From an uncultured Spirochaetota bacterium (GTDB lineage Bacteria > Spirochaetota > Spirochaetia > SZUA-6 > Fen-1364): DNA of 64,000 nt. The notes beneath the pieces are model-generated. The model worked only from the letters and a program-made list of their open reading frames with translations. It made no database searches and was not told the origin of the DNA. The DNA is taken from the NCBI GenBank assembly GCA_963781885.1, contig CAWAHW010000001.1, positions 480,001 through 544,000 on the forward strand, in the 5' to 3' direction. Position 1 is the first letter of the stretch; each line of letters begins with the position of its first letter. Both the position numbers and the translations under genes were made by a program. Positions 19,599 through 30,017 of this stretch are shown here, piece by piece.

Positions 19599-20638
19599 TG
19601 CATCTCCTTGCGCGTGGAACGCGCGGCGGCCACCAGGGCATCGACATTTGCGGCCGGCGTGCCCGCCGACATTCCCCCTCCCGCGGAAAGCAGAAAGCCG
19701 GGGTGACCCGCATTTCCTTCGATGCACCGACGGGCGTGGCTGCCCACCGCTTCCGCGTCCCCCTTGGCAAGCACCTCCAGGGGCGGCACGTTGCCCATGA
19801 GACACATCTTGTCGCCGACCCTTGCCCGGACCGAGGCGATGCTCTGCAAGTGGGTGAAGTTGAAGACATTCGCGCCCGTCTCTCCGACGAGCTCATAGCA
19901 GACAGGGGAATCGGTGTCATTGTGGAAGACTTTCACGCCCGCCGGCAGCGTGAATATGTCGCGGAGATACGGATGGGCGAACTCGAGGTAGTCATCACGG
20001 GAAAGGAAGCCCACAACGTCGTCGAGCACCATGATGCCGTCACAGTGCGCCAGCGCCTCCGCCTGCGCCGAGAGCCAGTCCTTTGCAAGCTGCGTCGTGG
20101 TGCGCAGGAGCTTGTGCGTCATCTGCGGTTCCGTCTTGAGCCCCGTGAGGAATGCCGTGAGACCGAGCAGGTGGGAGGCCACGGCGAGCGGGCCCCGGGC
20201 GGCCACCATCCTGATGTCCATGCCGGCGTCCTGGATCCGGGGCAGCGCATGCCGGTACTGCGCGAGGACCAGGGGCATCAATCCGTCGCGCCGGGGATTC
20301 GGTTGCTCCAGCCCGCCCACCTCGGAGATGTCCGAGGCGATGTGGTGCACGGAGGGAGGCTGATTCGGGGAGAACTCTATTCGACAGCCGAAGCCCGACG
20401 GCTCGGAGGCCATGCCCGGCTCGACCCAGAAACCGGGGAGGAAGATCACCTCGGGAAAGCGCTTCAGGATGGCGAGGTTTGCGGAGAACCAGACATCGGA
20501 GACGCTGATGTAGTCCACCGTCGATATGCCGAGAAAAGGCGGTATCCACGGCGTATCCACGATCAAGGCGACCGGCGTCTGCGGGAGCCGTTCACCGTGG
20601 ACAGCGCGGACAAGTGTGTGCCACTGATCGTTTCGCAC
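19595..20638 (-). CDS. Uroporphyrinogen decarboxylase / MtaA-CmuA superfamily protein
   Basis: ARGPLAVA, LMGNVPP, LLSAGGGMSAGTPAANV. Confidence 0.85.
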   Translation of the reverse strand: MRNDQWHTLVRAVHGERLPQTPVALIVDTPWIPPFLGISTVDYISVSDVWFSANLAILKRFPEVIFLPGFWVEPGMASEPSGFGCRIEFSPNQPPSVHHIASDISEVGGLEQPNPRRDGLMPLVLAQYRHALPRIQDAGMDIRMVAARGPLAVASHLLGLTAFLTGLKTEPQMTHKLLRTTTQLAKDWLSAQAEALAHCDGIMVLDDVVGFLSRDDYLEFAHPYLRDIFTLPAGVKVFHNDTDSPVCYELVGETGANVFNFTHLQSIASVRARVGDKMCLMGNVPPLEVLAKGDAEAVGSHARRCIEGNAGHPGFLLSAGGGMSAGTPAANVDALVAAARSTRKEMQ

Positions 20639-20707
20639 GCGTCCTCCCGTGTATGGAGGAAGGCTGGCACAATCGAGCCCCCGCGTCCAGCGGATACGGC
20701 GCGGGCC

Positions 20708-20739
20708 AAAAAAAGGGATGGGGATCGATCCCCATCCCT
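20708..20739 (-). terminator. Rho-independent terminator of the degP-like gene
   Basis: Perfect palindrome AGGGATGGGGATCGATCCCCATCCCT followed by a T7 run on the minus strand. Confidence 0.85.
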
Positions 20740-20758
20740 GCCCGGACCTCCGCGGGTC

Positions 20759-22237
20759 CTATCGATCCAGTCCGATGCTCACCTCCGAGCCTTCGCGCTC
20801 GACGGTGAACATCACGGTGCGGCCCGATCCCTCATTCAGTGCCTTGAAGTAGTCCATCATGTTGCGGACCTGCTTGCCGTTCACCGCGGTGATCACGTCG
20901 CCCGGCTTCAGCCCCGCGACCGCGGCCGGCGAGCTCTCATCGGGGACGTAACCCACGACCACGCCGTTGACGCCGGCCGGAATGTTCGCCTGCTGGCGCA
21001 GGTCATCGGTGATGTCGACGGCCGTCATGCCGGGCCAGAGGTTTTTCGCCTGGGCAACCTGGTCCTGGCTGTCACGCACACCGATCGTCACGGGCACGTT
21101 TTTCGTCTCGCCGTAACGGATGAGGGTGAACGTGTAGGTCTTGCCCGCCGCAAGACCGCCGACCGCCTGCGTGAGTGCCTGCGCGTTTGCGATCTCGGTT
21201 CCTTCGACGCTCGTGATGTAGTCGCCGGGAAGGATGCCCGCCTTGTCTGCCGGCGAGCCCTTGTAGGTCTCCATGACGAAGGCGCCCTTCACGTTCGCGA
21301 GCTTCAGGTCCGCGGCGAATCCAGGATAGGTGTCGTTGTCCTGGACGTCGGCGATCTGCGCTCCCAGCCATCCGTAGTCGACCCTGCCTTTTGCGATGAA
21401 GTCCTGGATGGGTTGCCGGGCATTGTTGATGGGGATGGCGAAGCCCAGGCCGATATTGCCGCCCGTGGGACCGGCGATCCAGGTGTTCATTCCGATGACA
21501 TCACCGTTGATGTTCACCAGCGCGCCGCCCGAGTTTCCTTCGTTGATGGCCGCATCGGTCTGGATGTAGTCCGTGTAGCTGGCGATGTCCCCTTGGCCGG
21601 ACCGCCCCAGGGCGCTCACAATGCCCATGGTCACCGTCGATTCGTAGCCGAAGGGGTTTCCGATCGCAAGCACGATGTCGCCGACCTGGACGCCGTTGGA
21701 GTCGCCAAGCGTCGCCACCGGCAAGCTGTCAGCCGTGTCGAACGAGACGAGGGCGACGTCCTTGCGCGGGTCGGTCCCCACCGTGCGCGCCTTGAACACG
21801 CGCTGGTCGCTCAGCTTCACGCTGATGTCGGTCGCGTTCGCCACGACGTGGTTGTTCGTAAGGACGTAGTAGCGGCCGCCGGCGTGCTGGACGATGATGC
21901 CCGAACCGAGCCCCGACTGCCGGAACTGCCTGCCGCCCCCATTGCCATTGCCCTGACCCTGGCCGAAGGGGAAGGCGAAGGGGGAATTCGGTTGCGGGGA
22001 CTGCTGCTGCGTGATCGTCTGGGTGACGTCGATCTCGACGACCGTCGGGAGCACCTTCTGCGATACCGTGCGAAGGGCCGCCTGCAGCGGACCCAGCGTC
22101 GTCGCCAGAGTCGCACCAGAGGGGGTCGGCGATGACTTGGCCTGCGCGAAGGCGCCGACCGGGGAAGAAAGGAACAGAGCCATTCCCAGGACCGCGACCG
22201 CCGCACCCGCTGTCATGGAGTATGTTTTTCGATTCAT
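20759..22237 (-). CDS. degP: Do/DegP (HtrA) serine protease with two PDZ domains
   Basis: LTNNHVV, IQTDAAINEGNSGGAL, PDZ repeats. Confidence 0.93.
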   Translation of the reverse strand: MNRKTYSMTAGAAVAVLGMALFLSSPVGAFAQAKSSPTPSGATLATTLGPLQAALRTVSQKVLPTVVEIDVTQTITQQQSPQPNSPFAFPFGQGQGNGNGGGRQFRQSGLGSGIIVQHAGGRYYVLTNNHVVANATDISVKLSDQRVFKARTVGTDPRKDVALVSFDTADSLPVATLGDSNGVQVGDIVLAIGNPFGYESTVTMGIVSALGRSGQGDIASYTDYIQTDAAINEGNSGGALVNINGDVIGMNTWIAGPTGGNIGLGFAIPINNARQPIQDFIAKGRVDYGWLGAQIADVQDNDTYPGFAADLKLANVKGAFVMETYKGSPADKAGILPGDYITSVEGTEIANAQALTQAVGGLAAGKTYTFTLIRYGETKNVPVTIGVRDSQDQVAQAKNLWPGMTAVDITDDLRQQANIPAGVNGVVVGYVPDESSPAAVAGLKPGDVITAVNGKQVRNMMDYFKALNEGSGRTVMFTVEREGSEVSIGLDR

Positions 22238-22323
22238 ATTTGTGACCTCCGCAAGACAAGATAATGCCGGGAGGTTCAGGCCGGGTTATGGATGTGTTAA
22301 GATTTCTTTGAAAGGCGGAGGCG

Positions 22324-22647
22324 ATGCATTTCTACGGCGCATTCAATGAAGGGCTGCGGCATAAGCGCGCGCGGGTGTCCCTCAATTCCCTGACGGGCGA
22401 TCGGATGCAGCTCACGTACGTCCGTCTCGAGCCGGGTGAGTCCACCGACCACGCCCACGACAACGAGCAGATGGGCTACATCCTGAGCGGTGAGGCGGAG
22501 GTCACCATCGACGGCGAGACGCGGACCTGCCGGCCAGGGGACGCCTATTCCGTGCCGGCGAATGTTCCTCATGGCTTCCGCGTCCTGGATCGCCCGGTGG
22601 AATACCTTGAAGCTTTTGCGCCGCCAAAAGGGGAAAACAAGGCGTAG
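22324..22647 (+). CDS. Cupin domain protein
   Basis: HAHDNEQ...PANVPHG. Confidence 0.88.
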   Translation: MHFYGAFNEGLRHKRARVSLNSLTGDRMQLTYVRLEPGESTDHAHDNEQMGYILSGEAEVTIDGETRTCRPGDAYSVPANVPHGFRVLDRPVEYLEAFAPPKGENKA

Positions 22648-22656
22648 GCCGCGGGC

Positions 22657-22774
22657 AGTCCGAAAACGGACACAGGTGTATCATGGGCGGACATCGGCGG
22701 CAAGTCGCGCCATCAGCTAAGAGCACTCATTTCTTTATATAATAAAGACTTGCCGACATGGCACGGTCCATGCT
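22657..22774 (+). promoter_or_regulatory. Sigma-54 promoter with upstream activator sites and AT-rich spacer
   Basis: TGGCACGGTCCATGCT at 22759-22774 (GG-N10-GC); palindrome GTCCGAAAACGGAC at 22658-22671; AT-rich tract ~22730-22748. Confidence 0.75.
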
Positions 22775-22794
22775 TATGAAAGCATGGGAATCCC

Positions 22795-24065
22795 ATGGGA
22801 ATGGACCGCGTCATTACAAAGAGAAAGCTGCCACTCGGCTGGGTCGTCGGGATTGTCGCCGTTGCCGCAGCCATCTCGTTCTTTGTTTATCAGCTCGCCG
22901 TGGTCGACAAGACATCGATCCAGACGACCAGGAAATCCGCCATCAAGCTTTCCACGGCAAAGAAGGGCGACTTCCAGGAGTACTTCCTCGCCAATGGATA
23001 CGTGGCGGCGGGCAAGAGCATTTACATCGATTTGCAGGAAGCGGGAATCGTCAAGACGATCCCCGTCGAGCAGGGAAACATCGTTCCCAAGGGGACGCTG
23101 CTGGTCACGTTTAAAAACGACGAGCTGGAATCAGAGCTGTCGCTCAAGGAAGCATCCCTCAAAAGCGAGATCACCGACCAGCAGACCATCGGGATGCGCC
23201 GGGCAGCAGATGCGGCTTCGCGACCAGGAGCAGCTCCTGGATCTCGACCACCAGATCGACCTTTTGCAAAACGACCTCGATCGCAAGGAGCAGCAGTACA
23301 AGATCGGGGCGATTCCCGAGATCGAGCTCCAGAAGGCGCGCAAGGATCTTGCGTACAGCACCGACAAGCGCGTCCTGCTCCTGCAGGCGAACGAGCTCGA
23401 CCTTGCGCTGCTCGACCAGGAAGCGGCCAGGACCGGCGAAAACATCGACATCATGAGGCTCGACCTGCAGCGCATACGCGACCGCCTTGCCAACCTCACG
23501 ATCGTCGCCCCGGCGTATGGGCAGATCACCGCGCTTGACGCGTCGGTCGGCGAGGCGAAGAACGCCGGTTCGCGCATCGCGAAGCTTGACCTCATGGATA
23601 CCCTGAAGATGAAGGCGAACCTGGAGGAGTTCTACCTGCCGAAGGTGGAGGTCGGAAAGAAAGCTTCCTTCACCTACCTTGCGGCCAACGCGGATGAGGT
23701 TCCCAGCTCCCTGACGCTGTCCTGGATTTCCCCGGACGTGAAAAATAATTCATTCGACGTGGAGTTCAAATTCGACGGCATGCCGCCGAATATCCGCATC
23801 GGGCAGCGCTTCCTCATCCGCGTTGAGCTGGGCAAAGACGCAGGAAGCGGTGATGGTGGAGCAGGGCCAGTTCCTGCAGAGCAGCGGCGGCGCCTGGGTG
23901 TACGTCCTCGATCCGTCAGGGGAGGGCGCCACCCGGCGGGCGATTTCCATCGGCAGGAGCAATCCCGACTATGTCGAGGTGCTGAAAGGGCTCGCGCCCG
24001 GCGAGAAGGTGATCGTCTCCGACTATTCGGAATTCAACGGCCAGGAAAAAATACGCATACGGTAG
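22795..24065 (+). CDS. Efflux periplasmic adaptor subunit (HlyD/MacA-like), frameshifts near 23200 and 23835
   Basis: N-terminal TM, barrel-sandwich, coiled coil, VEVLKGLAPGEKVIVSDY, spread across three frames. Confidence 0.85.
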
Positions 24066-24075
24066 GAGCACCAAC

Positions 24076-24754
24076 ATGATCAAGACGACGAATCTAAAAA
24101 AGATCTTTCGCACCGACGAGGTGGAAACCTACGCACTCGACGATGTTCTGTCTGGACGTCAAGAAGGGAGAGTTCGTCTCCATCATGGGGCCGTCGGGGT
24201 GCGGGAAATCCACGCTCATGAATCTCCTCGGGCTCCTGGACAATCCGTCGGACGGACACTACTACCTGATGGATGAGGAGGTGTCGCGGTATTCCGAAAG
24301 GAAGCGGGCGGAGATACGCCGCGGCAACATCGGTTTCGTGTTCCAGAGCTTCAACCTGGTCGACGAGCTCACCGTCTATGAAAACATCGAGCTCCCCCTC
24401 CTGTACCTGAAGGAGGCAAAACCGAAACGCAAGGCGCGGATCCAGTTCGTCATGGAAAAGATGAACATCGGGCACCGCGCGAAGCATTTTCCCCAGCAGC
24501 TTTCCGGCGGACAGCAGCAGCGCGTCGCCGTGGCGCGGGCCATCGTCGCAAGCCCCCCGCTCATCCTTGCCGACGAGCCGACGGGAAATCTCGATTCCCG
24601 CAATGGCGAAGAGGTCATGAACATCCTCCTGGACCTCAACCGGGAAGGCACCACCGTCGTCATGGTGACCCACTCGTCGGTGTACGCCGGGTACTCCGGC
24701 CGGGTCGTGTATCTCTACGACGGGAAGATCGTGTCGGAAAACACGGAGGCGTGA
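24076..24754 (+). CDS. ABC ATP-binding protein (MacB-type), frameshift near 24145
   Basis: MIKTTNLKKIFRTDEVETYAL then GPSGCGKST, LSGGQQQR. Confidence 0.9.
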
Positions 24755-24757
24755 GGC

Positions 24758-27220
24758 ATGTTTCGCAACTACGTCATCACTGCCCTGCGCAACATCCGCA
24801 AGAACACGCTCACGTCGCTCATCAGCGTGATCGGATTCTCCATCGGCATCGCCTGCGCGTCGTTCATCCTCCTCTACGTGCAGAACGAGCTGTCGTTCGA
24901 CAGGTTCCTTCCCGGGTACGACCGTATCCAGCGCCTGCTGATCAAGGCCACCACGTCCGACGGCACGGAGCTCCTGACGCCTCTCATGAACATCAGCATC
25001 AGGAATATCCTGCCATTGGATACGGGGGTGGAGAGCTTCACGCAATTCATCGTGAGCGACGCGATCCTGGGGACCGACACCCGCAGCCGCTACGAGGCGA
25101 ACAACTTCTATCTTGCCGACTCCTCATTCCTGAAGGTCTTTGATTATCCACTCGCCATCGGGGACAGGAACACCGCCCTGGAGAAGCCGAACTCGGTGAT
25201 CCTCACCTCCGCCATGGCCAGGAAATACTTCGGAGACGTGAGCCCCCTGGGCAAGGTCCTCACCTTCAAGAACACCATGATGGGCGATACCGCCTATTAC
25301 CTGACCGTGACCGGTGTCTTTGCGGAGATCCCGACGAACACCACCTTCCAGTTCGGGTTCGTCATGAACTGCCCGTTTGAAAAGTACCTTGCAACCATCC
25401 TGGCCTTCTACGAGCAGGTGTACAAGGTCGACGCCCCTGAAGACTACGCCAAAATAGAAGTGCAGACGTACGTGATGCTGAAGCCCGGTGCGTCGCTCCG
25501 CCTTTTCCAGGGCACCCTGCGGAAAGCGATCGAGCGGTTGCCGACGAACGACGCGACATACATCTACAAGAACTACCAGCTTCTGAGCGAGCCCCTTGAC
25601 GGCATCTACCTCCATTCGAAGATCGAATCCCCCAACGAAAAAAAGGGAAACGTCCTGTTCATCCTCCTCCTGATCGGCCTGGGGCTCATTGTCATCGTCA
25701 TCGCGTGCATCAATGTCATCAACCTCACGACGGCACGGGCGCTCACCCGGGAGAAGGAGATCGGCATCAGGAAGACTCTTGGGGCCTCCCGGAGGGAATT
25801 GATCGTCCAGCACCTGGTCGAATCGGTGCTCCTGAGCTTCATCTCCTTCTGGTTTGCCCTGGTGATCGTGGAGGTTTGCCTTCCCCTGTTCAACCAGCTC
25901 GTCCAGCGATCGCTTGAGGTCCATTACCTGCAGAACCCCGCCTACCTGCTTTCCGCGCTCGCCGTCGCGCTCCTCATCGGCATCCTGGCCGGGCTCTACC
26001 CGGCGTTCGGCATTTCTTCCTTTAACGTCATCAGGGCGCTGAAGGGACAGAAGACCCCCGGCTCCCGGCGCTTCCGCGAGATCATGGTCGTCGTCCAATT
26101 CGTCTTCTCCATCGGGTTGTTCATCCTTTCCGCCGTCATCCTGCGGGAGTTCCAGACGCTGAAGAGCACGAGCTCGGGTCTCGATACCAAGGACGTGTAC
26201 ATGATGAGATTGAACGTGCCGGCGGTCGAGAATGAGCTTCCCACCCTCAAGAAATCGGTCCTCGCTCTTCCGGGCGTCACCGATGTCGCCGCATCGTCAT
26301 TTGCGGGGTGGCAATACGGCGGTCTGGTCAAGGATTTCCCGCTCGTCGCGTCGGTCAAGACGCGCCACGTCGACATCATGGTGGTCGACGCGGGCTATCT
26401 CCACATCAATGGCATCCCTGTCGTCAAGGGCAGGGATTTTGACGAAAACGGCGACACGGCGGAAATACTGCAGCTCGTCGTCAACGAGGCGGCGCACCGC
26501 CAACTGGGCCTGGAGATCGGGAGCCTCGTGGAAGAAAATCAGATCAGGGGAAGGGTCGTGGGCATCGCCGGGGACTTCGACTATCTGCCACCCTCCGGCA
26601 GGATGAGGCCGTTGATCCTGACGATCCACTCACCCTTCCTCACGAATACGTCCTACGCGCCGACGCCCATCCACCTCGCCTACCTGCTCGTCAAGATCCG
26701 ACCGGACGCGCAGGCGCAGACGCTGGAAAAAGTCGGCGCCATCTGGAACGATCTCAACCCGAATGCCGCCTTCGAGTGTCAATCGGTGGACAAGGCGATG
26801 CAGGACCAGCTTGACGCCCTGAACCGCTCGTTCGAAGCCGTCCTCGACATCTCCACCTTCCTGGCTTTCCTGCTCTCGGGTCTCGGGCTTTTCGGCCTGG
26901 CGTCGTTCGAGATCGAGCGGCGCACGAAGGAGGTGGGCATCCGCAAGGCCCTCGGGGCGACCTCCGCGCAGATCGCGCTGCAGTTCATCGGCGGTTTCCT
27001 GAAGCTGGTCGCGCTGGCGAACGTCGTGGCGTGGCCGCTGGCCTTCGCGCTGATCCGGCTCGTCTTCACCATGATCCAGTACCCGCATCCCCTGGTGATC
27101 GGGCCGACGATCTTTTTCGAGGTGGGGCTCATCTCGGTGGCCGTCATGGTGGTGACCGTCGGCTCGCAGACCCTGCGCGCCGCGTCGGTGAATCCCGTCA
27201 ATACTTTACGCTATGAATAG
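24758..27220 (+). CDS. ABC permease with duplicated MacB/FtsX domains
   Basis: REKEIGIRKTLGA and RTKEVGIRKALGA; ends NPVNTLRYE. Confidence 0.92.
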   Translation: MFRNYVITALRNIRKNTLTSLISVIGFSIGIACASFILLYVQNELSFDRFLPGYDRIQRLLIKATTSDGTELLTPLMNISIRNILPLDTGVESFTQFIVSDAILGTDTRSRYEANNFYLADSSFLKVFDYPLAIGDRNTALEKPNSVILTSAMARKYFGDVSPLGKVLTFKNTMMGDTAYYLTVTGVFAEIPTNTTFQFGFVMNCPFEKYLATILAFYEQVYKVDAPEDYAKIEVQTYVMLKPGASLRLFQGTLRKAIERLPTNDATYIYKNYQLLSEPLDGIYLHSKIESPNEKKGNVLFILLLIGLGLIVIVIACINVINLTTARALTREKEIGIRKTLGASRRELIVQHLVESVLLSFISFWFALVIVEVCLPLFNQLVQRSLEVHYLQNPAYLLSALAVALLIGILAGLYPAFGISSFNVIRALKGQKTPGSRRFREIMVVVQFVFSIGLFILSAVILREFQTLKSTSSGLDTKDVYMMRLNVPAVENELPTLKKSVLALPGVTDVAASSFAGWQYGGLVKDFPLVASVKTRHVDIMVVDAGYLHINGIPVVKGRDFDENGDTAEILQLVVNEAAHRQLGLEIGSLVEENQIRGRVVGIAGDFDYLPPSGRMRPLILTIHSPFLTNTSYAPTPIHLAYLLVKIRPDAQAQTLEKVGAIWNDLNPNAAFECQSVDKAMQDQLDALNRSFEAVLDISTFLAFLLSGLGLFGLASFEIERRTKEVGIRKALGATSAQIALQFIGGFLKLVALANVVAWPLAFALIRLVFTMIQYPHPLVIGPTIFFEVGLISVAVMVVTVGSQTLRAASVNPVNTLRYE

Positions 27221-27239
27221 CGGGGACTATACTCGGCCC

Positions 27240-28626
27240 ATGCATCGCGCAAAGGTGCTCGCCATTGACGACGATGCGGACGTCCTCCTTGCCCTCGAGC
27301 TGCTCTTGAAGGAAAACGGCCATTCGGTCACGGTCGACACGCATCCGGCGAATATCCCGTCCCTCCTGAAAGCCTGCCCCTATGACGTCGTGTTTCTCGA
27401 CATGAACTTCGCCAAGGAAGCCACCGACGGGAAGGAGGGTCTGCACTGGCTGCGGGAGATCCGCGCGCGGGATCCCGACGCGACGATCGTCCCCCTCACC
27501 GCGTTCGGGGACGTCGATCTTGCCGTGCGCGCCATGAAGGAGGGGGCGGCGGATTTCATCCTGAAGCCCTGGAAGAACGAGAAGCTGCTCGGCACGCTGT
27601 CGATGGTGCTCCAGCTGCGGGAGTCCCGGCGGGAGATCGAGCGCCTGCGATCGCAGCGGAAGCAGCTCGTCGCGGACATGGATCAACAGGTCGGGGACAT
27701 GATCGGAAGGTGCGACGCGATGCAGCGCGTCTTCGCGCTGATCCACAAGGTGGCGGCCACGGACGCCAACGTGCTCGTCATGGGGGAAAACGGCACCGGC
27801 AAGGAGCTCGTCGCGCGGGCGCTCCATCGGCAGTCCCTGCGGGCGGCGCAGGTCTTCATCGGGGTGGACATGGCGTCCATCGTGGACAATCTTTTCGAAA
27901 GCGAATTGTTCGGGCACGTCCGGGGCGCCTTCACGGACGCGCGGGAGAACCGGGTGGGGCGTTTTGAAAGCGCGACGGGCGGCACGCTTTTCCTCGACGA
28001 GATCGGCAACCTGCCGCTCGCAATGCAGGCGAAGCTGCTGCGGGCAATCGAAACGCAGGAGGTCACGCCGGTGGGATCCAACAAGCCGCGGCCGATCGAC
28101 ATCCGTCTCATCTGCGCGACGAACATGCCCGTGCACGAGATGGTGACGGCAAAAGAGTTCCGCCAGGACCTCCTCTACCGCATCAACACGATCGAGATCC
28201 GCCTCCCGCCCCTCCGCGAGAGGCGGGAGGACATCCCCCTCCTGATCGAGCATTTCGCGTCCCAGTATTACCGCAAGTACAAGATATTCCCCAAGAAGAT
28301 GCCTCGACAGACCATCGCCACCCTCCAGGAGTACGACTGGCCCGGGCAATGTCCGGGAGCTGAAGCACGCGCTGGAGCGGGCGATCATCGTGAGCGATTC
28401 CCCGTATCTGTCGCCGCAGGACTTCCTGCTCCCGTCACGGGGCGCGCGGGAGACGGATAGCGGGCGCGCCGGCAGCAGTCTCGAATCCGTGGAAAAAGAG
28501 TGCATCCAGAAGAGCCTGGAAAAGACCGGGGGAAACGTCAGCCGCGCGGCGGACGACCTGGGCATCTCGCGGGCGTCCCTGTACCGGCGGATTGAAAAGT
28601 ATGGTCTTCAGAAACTATCGGGTTAA
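27240..28626 (+). CDS. Sigma-54-dependent response regulator (NtrC family), frameshift near 28345
   Basis: Receiver, GENGTGKE, GAFTDA, FLDEIG; Fis HTH LGISRASLYRR in the next frame. Confidence 0.92.
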
Positions 28627-29947
28627 CCTCATCGCGAGGGTCATCCTCCTGTCGCTCTCCCTGTATCTGTTTTTCTTCGTGCTGCAGAACACGCACTATC
28701 CCGTCACGGTGACCGTCATCGGCGCGCTCTCCCTCGTGCAGTGCGGGCTCCTGGTCCACAGCATCGACAGGAACAACAGGATGTGGGCGCACTTCTTCGC
28801 CGCGATCCGCAGCGCCTCATTCGCCCAGAGCTTCTCATTCCCGGAGGGCGGTTCGTTCGACGACCTGAAAAAAGAGTACGCGCAGGTGATGGACGTGCTG
28901 AAGAAAACCAGCCTCGACAGGGAAAAACAGTCCCACTACATGCGCACCGTCGCGCGGAGCATCGGGGTCGGCGTCTGCGTCGTCGATCAGCACGGCGACA
29001 TCGATTTTGCAAATGAGGCGTGCAAGACGCTTCTGGGGACCGCCTCGCTGCGCACGATCCGGCAGGTGGAGGAGGTGAGCGGGGACCTGCATCGCGCCAT
29101 CAAGGGACTCCCGAATGGCGGCAAGGAGCTGCTGCGCATCAGCGTCGACAGGGAGTCGCTCCACGTGATCGTCGCGGTGACGGACTTCGTCGTGCTGCGG
29201 GAAAAGTACCGGCTGGTGTCCATCCAGAACATACGCCGGGAGCTGGAAGAGAACGAGATGGACGCGTGGCAGAAGCTCGCCCGGGTCCTCACCCACGAGA
29301 TCATGAACTCCATCACGCCCATCTCGTCACTGGCCTCCACCGCCACCGGCATCCTCGCCCGGCGGCCGACCGCGAATGCCGCGCGCGGCGCCGACGGTGA
29401 CAGGTCGCGGGACGTCCTTTCCGCGCTGCAATCGATAGAAAGACGGAGCCAGAGCCTGTTGTCCTTCGTGGAAAAGTACCGCGAGTTCCTGCGGGTCCCC
29501 CTGCCGGTCCTCCGCAGCCAGCCGTGCCGCGACATCCTTGCCCGCGTGAAGACGCTCATGAGCGGCATCCTCGATGAGAAGCGGATCGCCTTCCGCTGCG
29601 CCGTCACGCCGCAGAACCTCGAATTGCTCGCCGACTCCGATTTGATCGAGCAGGTGCTCATCAACGTGATCACGAACTCCATCGAGGCCCTGGGGAAGAC
29701 GAAGAAACCGGCGATAGAAATCACCGCGCGCGTTTCCCACAACAGGCCGGTCATCGAGATCGCCGACAATGGCCACGGCATTGCCCCGGACCTGCTGGAC
29801 AAGATATTCATCCCGTTTTTCACCACGAGGAGCGAGGGCTCGGGAATCGGCCTGAGCCTCTGCCGCCAGATCATGCGGCTGCACAACGGCGCGATCACCG
29901 TGGTGTCGGCGCCGGGACAGCGCACCGTGTTCACCCTTTCGTTCTGA
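28601..29947 (+). CDS. PAS sensor histidine kinase (NtrY-like)
   Basis: LTHEIMNSITPI, DNGHGI, GSGIGL. Confidence 0.93.
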   Translation: MVFRNYRVNLIARVILLSLSLYLFFFVLQNTHYPVTVTVIGALSLVQCGLLVHSIDRNNRMWAHFFAAIRSASFAQSFSFPEGGSFDDLKKEYAQVMDVLKKTSLDREKQSHYMRTVARSIGVGVCVVDQHGDIDFANEACKTLLGTASLRTIRQVEEVSGDLHRAIKGLPNGGKELLRISVDRESLHVIVAVTDFVVLREKYRLVSIQNIRRELEENEMDAWQKLARVLTHEIMNSITPISSLASTATGILARRPTANAARGADGDRSRDVLSALQSIERRSQSLLSFVEKYREFLRVPLPVLRSQPCRDILARVKTLMSGILDEKRIAFRCAVTPQNLELLADSDLIEQVLINVITNSIEALGKTKKPAIEITARVSHNRPVIEIADNGHGIAPDLLDKIFIPFFTTRSEGSGIGLSLCRQIMRLHNGAITVVSAPGQRTVFTLSF

Positions 29948-29980
29948 GGTTTTTTCCCGGACAGTCCTCACGGAAAGAGT

Positions 29981-30009
29981 TTGCATCGCGGCAGAGTTGA
30001 TCCTATAAT
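29981..30009 (+). promoter_or_regulatory. Sigma70 promoter, probably leaderless transcript
   Basis: TTGCAT-17 nt-TATAAT, 8 nt before ATG 30018; no SD. Confidence 0.7.
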
Positions 30010-30017
30010 CGCTTCCC

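Noticed and set aside
19595-20638. Assignment as hemE, or as evidence of pyrrolysine metabolism
   Set aside because: Lacks the HemE RQAGR motif; no corrinoid protein, methylamine methyltransferase or pyl genes in the window.
19310-22135. Long antisense or alternate-frame ORFs (941 aa here; also 8551-10797, 45804-47699, 57054-58937, 41114-43489)
   Set aside because: Shadow ORFs of high-GC genes; Arg/Gly/Ala-rich, no motifs, overlapping well-supported genes.
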